NCBI GenBank assembly: GCA_977030845.1
Contig: OZ365109.1
Location: 59,458,001-59,522,000 of the forward strand
From: Fimbriosthenelais zetlandica
Lineage: Eukaryota
Direction: 5' to 3'
Length of the DNA: 64,000 nucleotides
The position numbers and the translations under genes are program-made. Below the pieces are notes generated by a model. It worked only from the letters and a program-made list of their open reading frames with translations. It searched no databases and was not told the origin of the DNA. Shown piece by piece: positions 1 to 10,810 of the stretch. Numbering within the stretch: the stretch's first letter is position 1; the number at the start of each line of letters is the position of its first letter.

Positions 1-781
1 AGTTGATTGTCTCTGATTTTAGTCCGTAAGTATAGGGCTTCAATGGGATTGATTCGTCTTATGTGAGTGGATGACAGGTCAATCATTATGCGTTTTTTTT
101 CACACCTTGAACATGATTTTTCCGCCTACTATAGGCATACTCCATATTGATTCGGTACTATACATCCGTATTATAATTTTATAATTTCCCGATGAACCAA
201 CCCGAATAACACGGCAGTGGGTAAGTTGTCATGATATAACTGAAAAGTCCCATACAATCAAGCAATCAATTCAGTGGATGCAGTAGAAATATTACACATT
301 GTCCACAGAAAGAAGGTATAGAAAGTATCTCCAGCTGAGAGATGCATGATTATAATACTATCTGATTATAAATGCACCTATAGGCTTAAATGAAATCAAA
401 GGTTCCAAGTTCAAGATCGGACTGATAACACAAATTCATCATTATACATGTATGCTTTATTTATGAAGAAGGACAAGATACATTTAAGTATATGTCGCTA
501 CATCATGAATATAGATGACAGTTGTAGCAATATTGGGTAATATTAACGTTCTAATATTTACAACACTATTTTCCACAAAATAACACCGTATCCATGGATT
601 TTAACAATACAGAGACAATGGCTTGATCCCTTCTGTGAGGAGAAATCTAAGCAGAACAAAATTAGGAATGTAATGAACTCTACTATTAAATCAGATATTT
701 CCTAATAAACTGAATCACTCGCGAATGTCTTTTAAATTGAATCACTCGCGATACATAATGTATTTCATAGCACCATCAGTA

Positions 782-787
782 TTTATT
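782..787 (-). terminator. Candidate polyadenylation signal (AATAAA) for hbn
   Basis: First minus-strand AATAAA after the stop, 426 nt downstream; a second lies at 461-456. AT-rich context, so chance matches are likely. Confidence 0.3.
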
Positions 788-1213
788 CATTTAGGCCTAC
801 TAAAATTGATATCCTTTATATCCTTCTGTTCCCCAAAATCATATAATTGTATGTGTATTTTACAAACAGTGGGGAAATATATTTCGCCAAAATGGACATG
901 ACACGTTTTAGGCCATTGATCCTGCTATCCGTACCAAAATCAGTATCACTTTAAGGCATAGAGATCCCAACTATAATTAGTAGGAAACAAGATTTGGATA
1001 GGAATATTATGTCCATAAAATATGATTTCCACTAATATCGTTCAGATCGTGCACTATAACAATAAGATAGAAATAAAAAGTTGATGAGTTTTAGAGTAAT
1101 GATTATGCTCTAAGACATCGATGCAGCCAACTGCTGTAAGACTAGAGATGTAACAAGATAGTGTGACATAAATAGGAGATGAAGGGATAACTAGGTATGG
1201 ATATTGACATGCA

Positions 1214-1792
1214 TTAAGATTTAACTGGCGAGTCTCTAGAAGTAGTCAAGGATTGTGGTATTGAAAGTCCATGTTCCATTGAAACTGAATGCTCTCTCGC
1301 CTTGAGACGCAGAGCATCGATGCTGGATTTGCGCATGTCAAGAGATTCTGGTGATTGATGGCGGGAATCGGAGTGAACATGCGAGAACATGCGAGAAGCC
1401 ATGATACTCTCAGGTGTGGGTGGTGACAAACAGGAACCGGAAGTGGGTACTGGGGGCATGCCCGGGAAGCCAGGGTGCACCATGGGGGCTCCCGGGTGGG
1501 GGAACATATAACCAGTGAAGAGGCCACCAAACGAGTTCTTATTCTGAATGTAGTGAGCTGCAAGGCCGCCTATACTACCTTGTTGTAAAGCCACAAATGG
1601 GTTCAGACCAGCAAAATTTCCCATGCGCGCTGCCAGAATGGGATCTGGACCAGTTGCCATGGGGACGGGGTTTAACATGGAAGGCAGGTCGGGCATGAGT
1701 TGCGGTGGTTCACATGAGAGGAAGTTAGGACTTTCACGACCCATGGCCTTCTCACGTTTCCTCCATTTAGCTCGGCGATTTTGGAACCATAC
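1214..1792 (-). CDS. hbn: Homeobrain, coding exon 3 (homeodomain helix 3, Pro/Gly/Met-rich region, C-terminal OAR domain, stop)
   Basis: Acceptor ...cattccAG at 1794-1793 is followed by GTA TGG TTC CAA AAT = VWFQNRRAKWRKREK (Q50). OAR motif KSSIDALRLKAREHS at ~1287-1330. TAA at 1216-1214. 579 bp = 193 codons, phase 0 with exon 2. Confidence 0.93.
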   Translation of the reverse strand, partial: VWFQNRRAKWRKREKAMGRESPNFLSCEPPQLMPDLPSMLNPVPMATGPDPILAARMGNFAGLNPFVALQQGSIGGLAAHYIQNKNSFGGLFTGYMFPHPGAPMVHPGFPGMPPVPTSGSCLSPPTPESIMASRMFSHVHSDSRHQSPESLDMRKSSIDALRLKAREHSVSMEHGLSIPQSLTTSRDSPVKS

Positions 1793-1911
1793 CTGGAATG
1801 ACAAAGAAAAAAGTGTCAATAAAATAGTGGGCCTAATGTGAAAATTAGCGAAAATAATAAATAAAGGTCAAGAACATTAAATTGCAAGTAGGGCCGAGTA
1901 CGAGGGACCTT

Positions 1912-1940
1912 GGGCCTATTTCAAAAGGAATATTAGCAAT
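1912..1940. repeat. Solo half-copy of the 26.3 kb hairpin module in hbn intron 2
   Basis: gggcctatttcaaaaggaatattagcaat shares 22 identical nt (tttcaaaaggaatattagcaat) with 26354-26375. Confidence 0.75.
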
Positions 1941-4900
1941 ACACAAAGTAAAGTTACATTGTAATAATTATGATTGCATAGTGAGATGATAATTTAGCGA
2001 TATTTATCGTATGTCCAAGGTTTGCCATCATGCGAGAGGCAAAAAGCCTACAGATAGCAATCATTGTGTCTCATACACACTATATACATAAATCATTGCA
2101 TTCTAAATAAATCCATCGTAATGTCGGTCAAGCTGACACATGAAAATCGGCCTACACAATCATATTTAGATTAACTTGTGAAACCATAATATGAACCCCT
2201 GTATGATGTCGCCTAATATGACTATAGGCTATCTCACCTGGAGTAATTATCTAAGGTGGCTTAATCCCTTGTACAGAGTCTTATCTTGTCTGCTTAATCT
2301 GTATTAGCCTGCTATAGAGGATTCATACAAAGGCTAGATACACCTGATAACCAGGCGTGATAATCTTCTCCCATCTCAAAAGCCACAGGATCTCGGAGAA
2401 GATCGGGCGCGGTCATAACTGTGCTTTGAGCTCTTGCCAATCTGACCACGGGAGAAATTAAGAGGATTGATAGACACTTGCGTGTGTGCCTGTTGGCACC
2501 TGAATGGTTTGATCCGCCTCCTGCTAGCAATTCTATTGTCTGGAGGGAGAGATGTCAGACACAAACTGTGTTCATGGCAGCCGAGTCAATTTGCCTGATT
2601 CTAAGTTTATTGGGAAAATAATTGATAGGCCCGGATTTGCTCATGGCAGGGAAATATTGCGAACGAAAACGAACTTACAATATACTTAGTATGCGAGAAG
2701 ATATGAAAGATTTACCTAAGTTAAATGTGCACCTCCAAATCTATATTCTAGTTCCCTCCCATATACGTTTATATATCAAACGTCTATTTCCAGATAAATC
2801 TGCATTATGAAACAGGCCTAGAACTATAATAATGCTAAGTGGCAGGCCTATCATAATGCTTCTCCTATATTATTTGTATACTCACAGTTAAAAATGAGAT
2901 GTTGACTTTTATGTGATATATTTTTTGATCATGTGAGATATGATGTCAGAAATGTGGGATAAATGTCTATGATGTTGTTAGATCGTTTATCACACCATGT
3001 ACACAGTGGTAGGGCAGTAGGGAGCTGCTCGCCATGCCTGCCTTTAAGCCTGCCTCTCTCACTCCCCCATAGCCGCCCAATGTAACCTAATGAGATGAAG
3101 AAAGGCGCATTATCACCGCGATACTGCCCACAGTAAATTCAATCTCCCGCGGTAATTTCATTTACCACAATTTGTGGCGGCAGGCAGCCCTGGAATTAGG
3201 GGCGAAAGCAAATATTAATAAGGACCAATGGGGGCTATAGTGTCGATGCGTTGTCTGCGGCGCAGGGTCGCTCTGTCCGGGAATTGAATACAAATTTGTA
3301 TCGATTATCCCCTCTGATGACATCGCGCCTGAATGGAGCTAAATTGCCCCACTTTCCCCTTTCACCGCAGTGATTTAGCTATATTCTAATTTCTTTATTA
3401 AATCCATTAAATTGTCTGAGTGATTACTGCGCCTCTGTGCGGTGAGGAGTGTAACTAGGCAGGCCGGCGGCTGAGTTGGCACACAAAGAGTGCTTGATGA
3501 CAGCGTCTGAAGATCTCTGAAGCCTTCCCCCTCCCAGCTTCCCAGCCTCTCAAAAACCTCCCATCCCCCTCCATAATTCCTTAATTACTAATCTAATGAA
3601 AGGAATTAAAGGGGCCTAATGACAGTTTGCTACTTCAACTCTTGGAGGCAAATATTTTCCAAAAATGATCGCTATTAAGTTAGCGCCCCCCAGAATCGAT
3701 TATTGGAGCGCGGACAATGAATTCAATTAGGAGTGGCAGGGCCAACTGAAGTTGGTCTTGGATACTAATATGATCTAGTCGACGCTAGAGATCACCCGTC
3801 GCGTTGCGCCTCTTCTTCAGACTAATTTCGCCGACCTGCGCCAAAGCAGGCTGCAAGAAACATACCATTTATACGCCTGGAAAGATCGACAAATTGCTCA
3901 CTACAGCAGCAATGGGGCTCGTTAGTTCACGAGAGCGTGGTTCTGACGCCAAGCCTAGGGGCGCGACAATGGAGAATAGCCAGTATTGTCGCGAGGAAAA
4001 TCTTTTAATTTAGCGTGTACATTAACCAATCGCTGCTCACTTTAGCGCCCTCATCCAAGGGCGTTTAGTTCCCAAATCGCCTGGCGGCGCTGAGCTAATC
4101 GAACGTGGCTTAACTCGATGATGGCCAATTGAATGAAATTCATCGCCAAAGCACAACATTGTAGCGTCACTCTGTTTTCACATTAATTTCATTCCCGCGG
4201 TGGTTTTCTAACTATAGAGGCGTCCCCAAGAGAAGTCTTGTCTATTTGAGAGATAATATAACGTCATTTGTAAGCGCGCCTCATTAACGTTTTTCCCTCC
4301 CACTGCACCAGCGTGAATCGAAATTGAACATCCCCGGGCGAATGCAGTAAGGCGTTTGCATAATCACAACAAATTAGGGTCTCATTTACTGTGGTATCGT
4401 TCGCAAACATGTGTAAATTACCGCCGTAATAAAAGGCGTCTTCAGAACTATACAGACGGAGCGGAATCACGGCCAAATGAAATTTCGAACCCCCGGCGGC
4501 CTTCTGTGATTTGGCAAACTTGAACCCTCATTACTGCATTTCATGCTTCGTTTCACCGGCAAAAATTGCGCCCGCCGGTCGGGAGTCCGGGGAATTGGGA
4601 AACTGCGCATTAATTGTGGAGACAGTGTGGTAAAAGAACGGGAGGATTTGTCATTTTCTCTGCTATGTCCTTAGGAGACAAAATGCCGACATTGGTTGGT
4701 GAGAAAGACATGAAATAAACCCGGCCTATGGGGGTGTCAATGCTGTGGGAAACTCCCATCAAACATCAGTTTCTATGTTCATACAGATCTAGATACCGCT
4801 ATAATACATAGTTTTCACAGATCTGTAGAATTGTATACATAATAGTGCATACTCCTTTATATTTTCACGGTTACAGCTTGGCTTTATTCAATGTCGATCT

Positions 4901-5850
4901 ATATAATTATTATGATCCAGGGCATTGTGTTTCACAGCATTTTAGCGCACCTGGGAATCTTTTTGGTACATAGCTACATATTATCGTTAAAGAGGGATTA
5001 CATAATGAGCATCACCATATCCCACATTTAATCGCATTTTATGATTGACTCTAGCATGCATGAGATTGCATATTATACATACATTTACATGCATTGTTAG
5101 GTCAATATAATGTCAAGTTTCCCAGATTGGCAAAGACAGTGACATGGTGACAATACGAAAAATCAAATTGGACAAATGCTTTGAATGGTTCCATCTTAAT
5201 GAGAAATGATGTGCATGTCACGATCCACTTTCCCTCTATATGTATTGATCTCCCGAGACAACAATTTCCCGAATCATTACACGCATGACAATTAACTTTG
5301 TAGTCGAGCGACCCCGGGAGCACTTTTTTCAGTCAAACACGCGGCAAAAACCACAGCCTCCAAGTCCCTATTAATTTGGTCATGAATCCTTCAATGTAAA
5401 TACGCGGCCAAATTAGTGTAGTCATTACCATTTACGTGATTCATTTATCCTGCTCAATGGATCACGTTCCGCTGTGGAATTCAGAAGGAAATGCCCCATT
5501 GGTTTCCCCCCAGTTCTTTCTTTGAGAAATATAGGTGTACCTACAATTGCATTGCACTAATGAGAGCTGGAATTTAATTCAGTACCTCGCCCGGGTTTTT
5601 ATTCTGCCTCCACAAAGAGGAATGCTTGAAGTAGGAAGCAATACAGAATGCGGGCCGGAGTTATTCAGAACACATTGATGGCAAGCAGGTGTTTCCGAAG
5701 TACCCAATGAATGGCTCCAGCCACAAGTGAACGGCTGTCATGCCATAGGCATTAGGCAATTAGAGACAATTACATTGCACAATTACCACTGGACACAACT
5801 TGAAGCCCACAGCACATTGATTGTCCGAATCATGCGTGCATGTTAAAACT

Positions 5851-5872
5851 TCTATACATGTACATGTATAGA
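5851..5872. repeat. Perfect 22 bp palindrome
   Basis: tctatacatgt|acatgtataga. Confidence 0.9.
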
Positions 5873-7748
5873 GCATAGTACATTGAATGAACCAGTATAA
5901 TAAGGACAGTTTCTTAGAGCCTCTTGAGAAATTATCAATTTGCCCTTTAGACTTAGGTTGATAACTTATGGATTAATCATAGATCAAGTTCATATTCTCA
6001 ATATTACTGCGGCATAAATTTAAAGCCACATTAAAGTATGCCGCGCGTGCATTTAGCACAACTTTAATTTACCCCAAGAGAATTATTCTCGAGTGAGGGC
6101 CGGGCAGTTTGCCTCAGCCAGCCATCCCCATCATAATCCCCCTGTGTTTGCAAATCCTTTCCTATAAAGGGATTGTGTGGACAAAGACAGCAAGGTTTTA
6201 AATCCTCGCGAGGGTAGGACTTTAAACATTTTCAAGGGGGAAAGGAGGAGGCGGGGAGGGGATTATGCACGTATATGGTAAATGGATTCTCAGAGGATAT
6301 ATCTGCAGCCCCATAGATAGAGCTTACATCAAACAGATATACCAGCACCCCATTGTGTGGATGGCTTCTCGTGTTTCCATGTATGCTGAGTGCATCCCAT
6401 TCTATCTAAATGGAAGGGGTGATGAATTAGCCAGTATATAAGATGGGTGATTGCATTCAGGGCACTACCACCACGACAGGGCCTCTGTCGATCTCGAGTG
6501 GTCCTTGTGCTAAATTGGGGGCCAACTCAAAGGGACTTCCCTCTCTTGGCTGCATACCAAGTATGTTGCAAAGAGTGTTTGCATGTTTTCTGACTAACAA
6601 TTACCAACCGGCTATAGACTGGCCTTGTAAAGGAATTACCATTGATAATCGGGCGAGAAAAGGCTGGTTTTCTGGGTCTGATACTTGCCTAAAGGGAACC
6701 TAAACAGTGTACCGCCTGCGTCCCCTCCAGCTGCCCTGACGCCTAAATAACCAAACCCCCTATTGTTATTTCTGCTACAGCGAATCTAATTTTTCTTTTC
6801 TTAAGAACTTATCATCCCCCTTCCATCGGTACACATCTGGGGTGTTAACGATTACACGATTGTATGTAGAGGCTATACATTATATCCACTGGCCGTATTA
6901 AAACGATTTACCAAACACATCTGTCCAGTGGTGGACTAAAAATATACAAGCTCTCTTAGCTTTATTGTGTCACTCTCAGGTTGGGTAGTGTGGAAACTGG
7001 GGGTGCTAAATGAACCCGCTAATACCCACTCGTTTCACACATCACCTAATTAGCGCCTTTGAGGCGGACGAGTACTGTTTTAATTAGAATGAAAACAGCG
7101 TTAATTAATAGATGATCAGCAGGGGAGGTCCGGCCAAGTATGTCATTTAGTCCACGACTCCCGCTGACATGAATGTCCACCAATGTTAATAAGTCCCCCT
7201 TCACCAGAACCCAGCTTTAAGGACAAGTGGGCCATTCACTGAAACATACTAAGTCCCTTGGTCTTTCTTTTCATTAATTAAGGTAAAAAATATTGGTTAT
7301 CGCATGGGTCTAATTAATTTACCACAACGGGGGTTCTCTTTTATTACCAATACATGCATGTACATACATGTGTATTAGCAGGACTTTCTAATCTCATAAA
7401 ATATTAATGGTATAATGTGCGGATGCAGGTATTTAATTGTAGGAATTAATAGGATCAGGGCGTATTTTCTAATTATGAATGTGATATTGCAAAGGCAGAT
7501 TATATACACTTGTATTTGATACAGGATATAAAATTAGAATAACAATTGACGGGATTCTTTTCCACTATAGGACCTATAATTCCGTGCAAAAGTTAAACCT
7601 ATTGATTCGCATAGGCATGCATTTTGTAATATGGGGATTATGATATTTGTGATGTGGCCATGGGTGTTTTTGCGTTAGGTCGAATTGTAATAATGGGCGC
7701 GCAGACGATTAGCTTGTTTTCAGGGAGGTACATTTTATACTGTATGTT

Positions 7749-7791
7749 CAGTGTTCTTTTAATTAACTCCAGTGTTCTTTTAATTAACTCC
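7749..7791. repeat. Perfect 21 bp tandem duplication
   Basis: cagtgttcttttaattaactc x2. Confidence 0.9.
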
Positions 7792-8297
7792 TTGCACAGA
7801 TATATGATTTCCTAACCCTTTGAGAGTTAATTAATATGGCAGGAAACTGGCTGGTAATGAATATACGTTGTGGGAATGCAGGTGTTAAAGCAGACAAAGC
7901 AACACTCAGCCCCTGACAACTATACTCTCATTACTATTGACACGAGTAGTATAGGGAATTCTTACAAAGGTCCAGGCTATGGACTAATTAGCTGATCATT
8001 CTTAAAATGCCGCACATTAATTAGTTCAAGAAAATTTGAGTTTCATTTTACATAGTCGTAGAAATGTTTGCATGATAATTACGTACACCTAATAATATAT
8101 TAAATGATTTATTATACGTGTTTCCGTCTACGAAAATGGGACAGGCGACATTTGACTTCAGCCATTTGCCTTCAGTCCTTGCACAAAACATTCCCAGATT
8201 TTCTGGAAATTATGGGACTTTCGAAACACGAGTTTCGAAACGAATCTCACCCCTCTCACCCACCAAAAATATATTGTGTTAAGGGTTGTCTATTTAC

Positions 8298-8791
8298 CTG
8301 AACTCTGGCCTCGCTCAGATCCAGTCGGAGCGCCAGTTCCTCACGAGTGAAGACATCTGGATATTGTGTCTTCTCAAAGGCCCTCTCTAGTTGGTGCAGT
8401 TGGTAGGTGGTGAAAGTGGTCCGACTTCTACGGATTTTCCGGGGTTTCCCATTAGCGTCCGTGTCGCCATTATCAGAGCCCTCCCCGTCTCCCGCCTCTC
8501 CGCTTCCCGCTCCGTCCCCGCCTAGTCCCAGCTCCTGTGGGTGGTGGTGTGGGGTAGACGCGTTCTCCCCGGCACCCGGACCCCCAAGCCCCGCCGCGTG
8601 GAGGCTTTCTCCGACCGGCTGGAGGTGAGGGGAGTCGGCGTGGATGTGATCCACCGAGTGTCTAGATGACAGGTCCTCAGGTTCAGGGGTTCCAACATCC
8701 AGATCCTCTTCTGTCTCATCAGGCCCAGGGATACTATCTCCAGACGAAGAATTCATTGGGGATCGGGCCAGAGATGAATTGAAACTTTGAT
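8298..8791 (-). CDS. hbn: Homeobrain, coding exon 2 (acidic/Gly-rich linker and homeodomain residues 1-46)
   Basis: Acceptor ttttctatttccAG at 8793-8792, donor GTAAAT from 8297. Encodes [57 protein letters not shown] and LSEARV match the Hbn family as I recall it, rather than Arx/aristaless (EELE, KTHYPD, LTEARV). Linkage to rx supports the call. 494 bp = 2+164x3. Confidence 0.93.
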
Positions 8792-10070
8792 CTGGAAATA
8801 GAAAATGTTTCACAACCACTTAAAAATAATCTAATCGTTTAAATTGACTAGGAATTGGTCCTATAGAAAATAGAAAATACAGTACTGAAAAAGATTGACA
8901 GGCAATTTGAAACCTGAATCTGACATCGCATTTACAGTAACAAAGGAGAGAAATTCATGGTCAGCAAAATTATGATATCGTGTCAAGTTAATTTGGCCAC
9001 CTCCAGGATTGATTTGCACATTAAGCTATGATTCGTTATGTCCATAATTGACAGGCACATTATTAGTTGTTATTGTGTTCGTCTTAAAGCCGGCGCGTGA
9101 CCGTGTTTATTAGTTCTTGGTAGGACAATGGTGGAATCATGTGCGTGCGTGGAGAGATTAAGGCCCTATATTGTCAACCAGCCAGCAAGGGACAATAGGC
9201 CGCGCCCTCCCTGTGTTAGATCCACGGGTGACCAAAGACGAGAACGAACCAACCGATGGTTACTGTCATATCAATATGATAAAGAATGGGAGAAATTAAA
9301 TCCCGATTTAAGTCCCTAGCTATAATTATTTGAAAAAGAACAGCCTAAATGTATCTCATGTTTCACAAGCAAACTGGCAACACATTAGTGCCAGTCCTAG
9401 CCGCCCCATGCATTGCCAGGGCGTGTCGTTAACGTGGATGTTTGGCTTAATTACACGTACTTATACTGCACGTTTACTAATTACTAATTTGTTAGATAAT
9501 CTGCTAATTGACAATCGACAATTATTCATTGTTGGAAATTAGCACAGGTAAAGCATACTGCAATTTTCCCTTACCAATGCAATTCTGAAAACAGCTTATT
9601 TACTCGAAGCTGTTTTACTACTCATTCTCAAAAGTATAAGCATCGATGTCATGCTAACGTATTATGTAAAACAAGTGCATGTATAAATCCCACCCTTAAT
9701 TATTGTATCATATAGCATGTACCTTTATAAATATATTATATATTATATTATATAGCCTATATTTTTCTCTCCTGCTATATAATATAAGTGCCACGCGCAA
9801 GGTGTGCTTTCACCTGTTGTTATTGCTCGAAAAATTTAATATTAAAGACCACCAATTAATTAATAACCATGCATTGGTGCGGCATGCAGGTATGATAATA
9901 ATAATTACAATTAAATTTAATATGATGAGAAATTAATATCCTATGGTGTTTCTGTAAGTTATGAAACAACGTGCAAAATTAATTCCCAATTCATTCATCA
10001 CGGGCCATGCTTCGGATCGTAGAATCTTTGTCTCCATGAAAAAAGAAAAGAAAAATGAAATGTTTCTTAC

Positions 10071-10275
10071 CTGAATCGTGGATGCTATAAGATTGCGGTG
10101 GGGAATGATGCATGGATACAGAGGGTTTACTAGAAGATCCCGTCCTGTTACCAAGGATACTGTCAATACTGTAGGAGCCTTTAGGTTTGCTCAGATTCAC
10201 GGAGACTGGACTTGCTGGTGTAGGGCTCTTAGACGTCTTCATCTCCATGACAACTGATGGTCTGGGGTTATCCAT
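10071..10275 (-). CDS. hbn: Homeobrain, coding exon 1 (octapeptide/eh1 motif)
   Basis: The ORF-track start at 10314 is TTG. The first in-frame ATG is 10275 (MDNPRPSVV...), with an in-frame TGA upstream at 10404-10402. Octapeptide YSIDSILG at 10173-10150. Donor G|GTAAGA after 10071; phase 1 matches exon 2 (G+AT = Asp). Downstream ATGs (M10, M12) are alternative starts. Confidence 0.85.
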
Positions 10276-10489
10276 TAGTCTAAGTCCACAGCTGGTTTCT
10301 CTCCTCCCAGCCAAGATGAAGTTGTGGCAAAAGAGTTTTTCAAAGCTTGCAGTCCAAATTGCAATTGATATTTTTCCGTCACAAACGCTGAATAAATGTC
10401 CTCACGGAAGGTAATTGCAGATTTGCAATTAAGTGTAGAGGCCAACTGAAGAAGAGACCTAATGGTCAGTACTTCTAAGTTGTGTTGAC

Positions 10490-10810
10490 CTTAACTGGGA
10501 GAATGGTAGTACAGCTGTGTATTATATTCCACTGGCGTTCTCAAGCTGATGTGTGCTTGCCCTCCTCTCTCTGGGAACTGGCTTTGCTCCTGCCGTGCCT
10601 GCCGACCTATAAGAGCCCCACCCGCCAGTCAGATATTCACCGCTGCCTCTCTCCAGCGTTTACAGTTAAATACCTTACTAATGTCATTAGTGAACAATTT
10701 ACCGAGACCAGAATCAGATATTTGATGGTAATTTACAGCCGGGACGCCCGGCCAAACGGAACCTCGGTCCTGATTGGATAAATACTCTCATCGCGTTGGC
10801 CAATCAGCGA
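10490..10810 (-). promoter_or_regulatory. Probable hbn core/proximal promoter
   Basis: TATAATA starting at 10526 lies exactly 30 nt before an Inr-like CCAGTT (A at 10496). CCAAT boxes at 10777-10773 (minus) and ~10799-10803 (plus). CpG-rich, with no minus-strand ATG between 10276 and ~10684. The TSS could instead be near 10690. Confidence 0.45.

Noticed and set aside
10276-10314. N-terminal 13 codons of the ORF-track protein (MAGRRETSCGLRL)
   Set aside because: The track's start is TTG; a eukaryotic gene would most likely start at ATG 10275.
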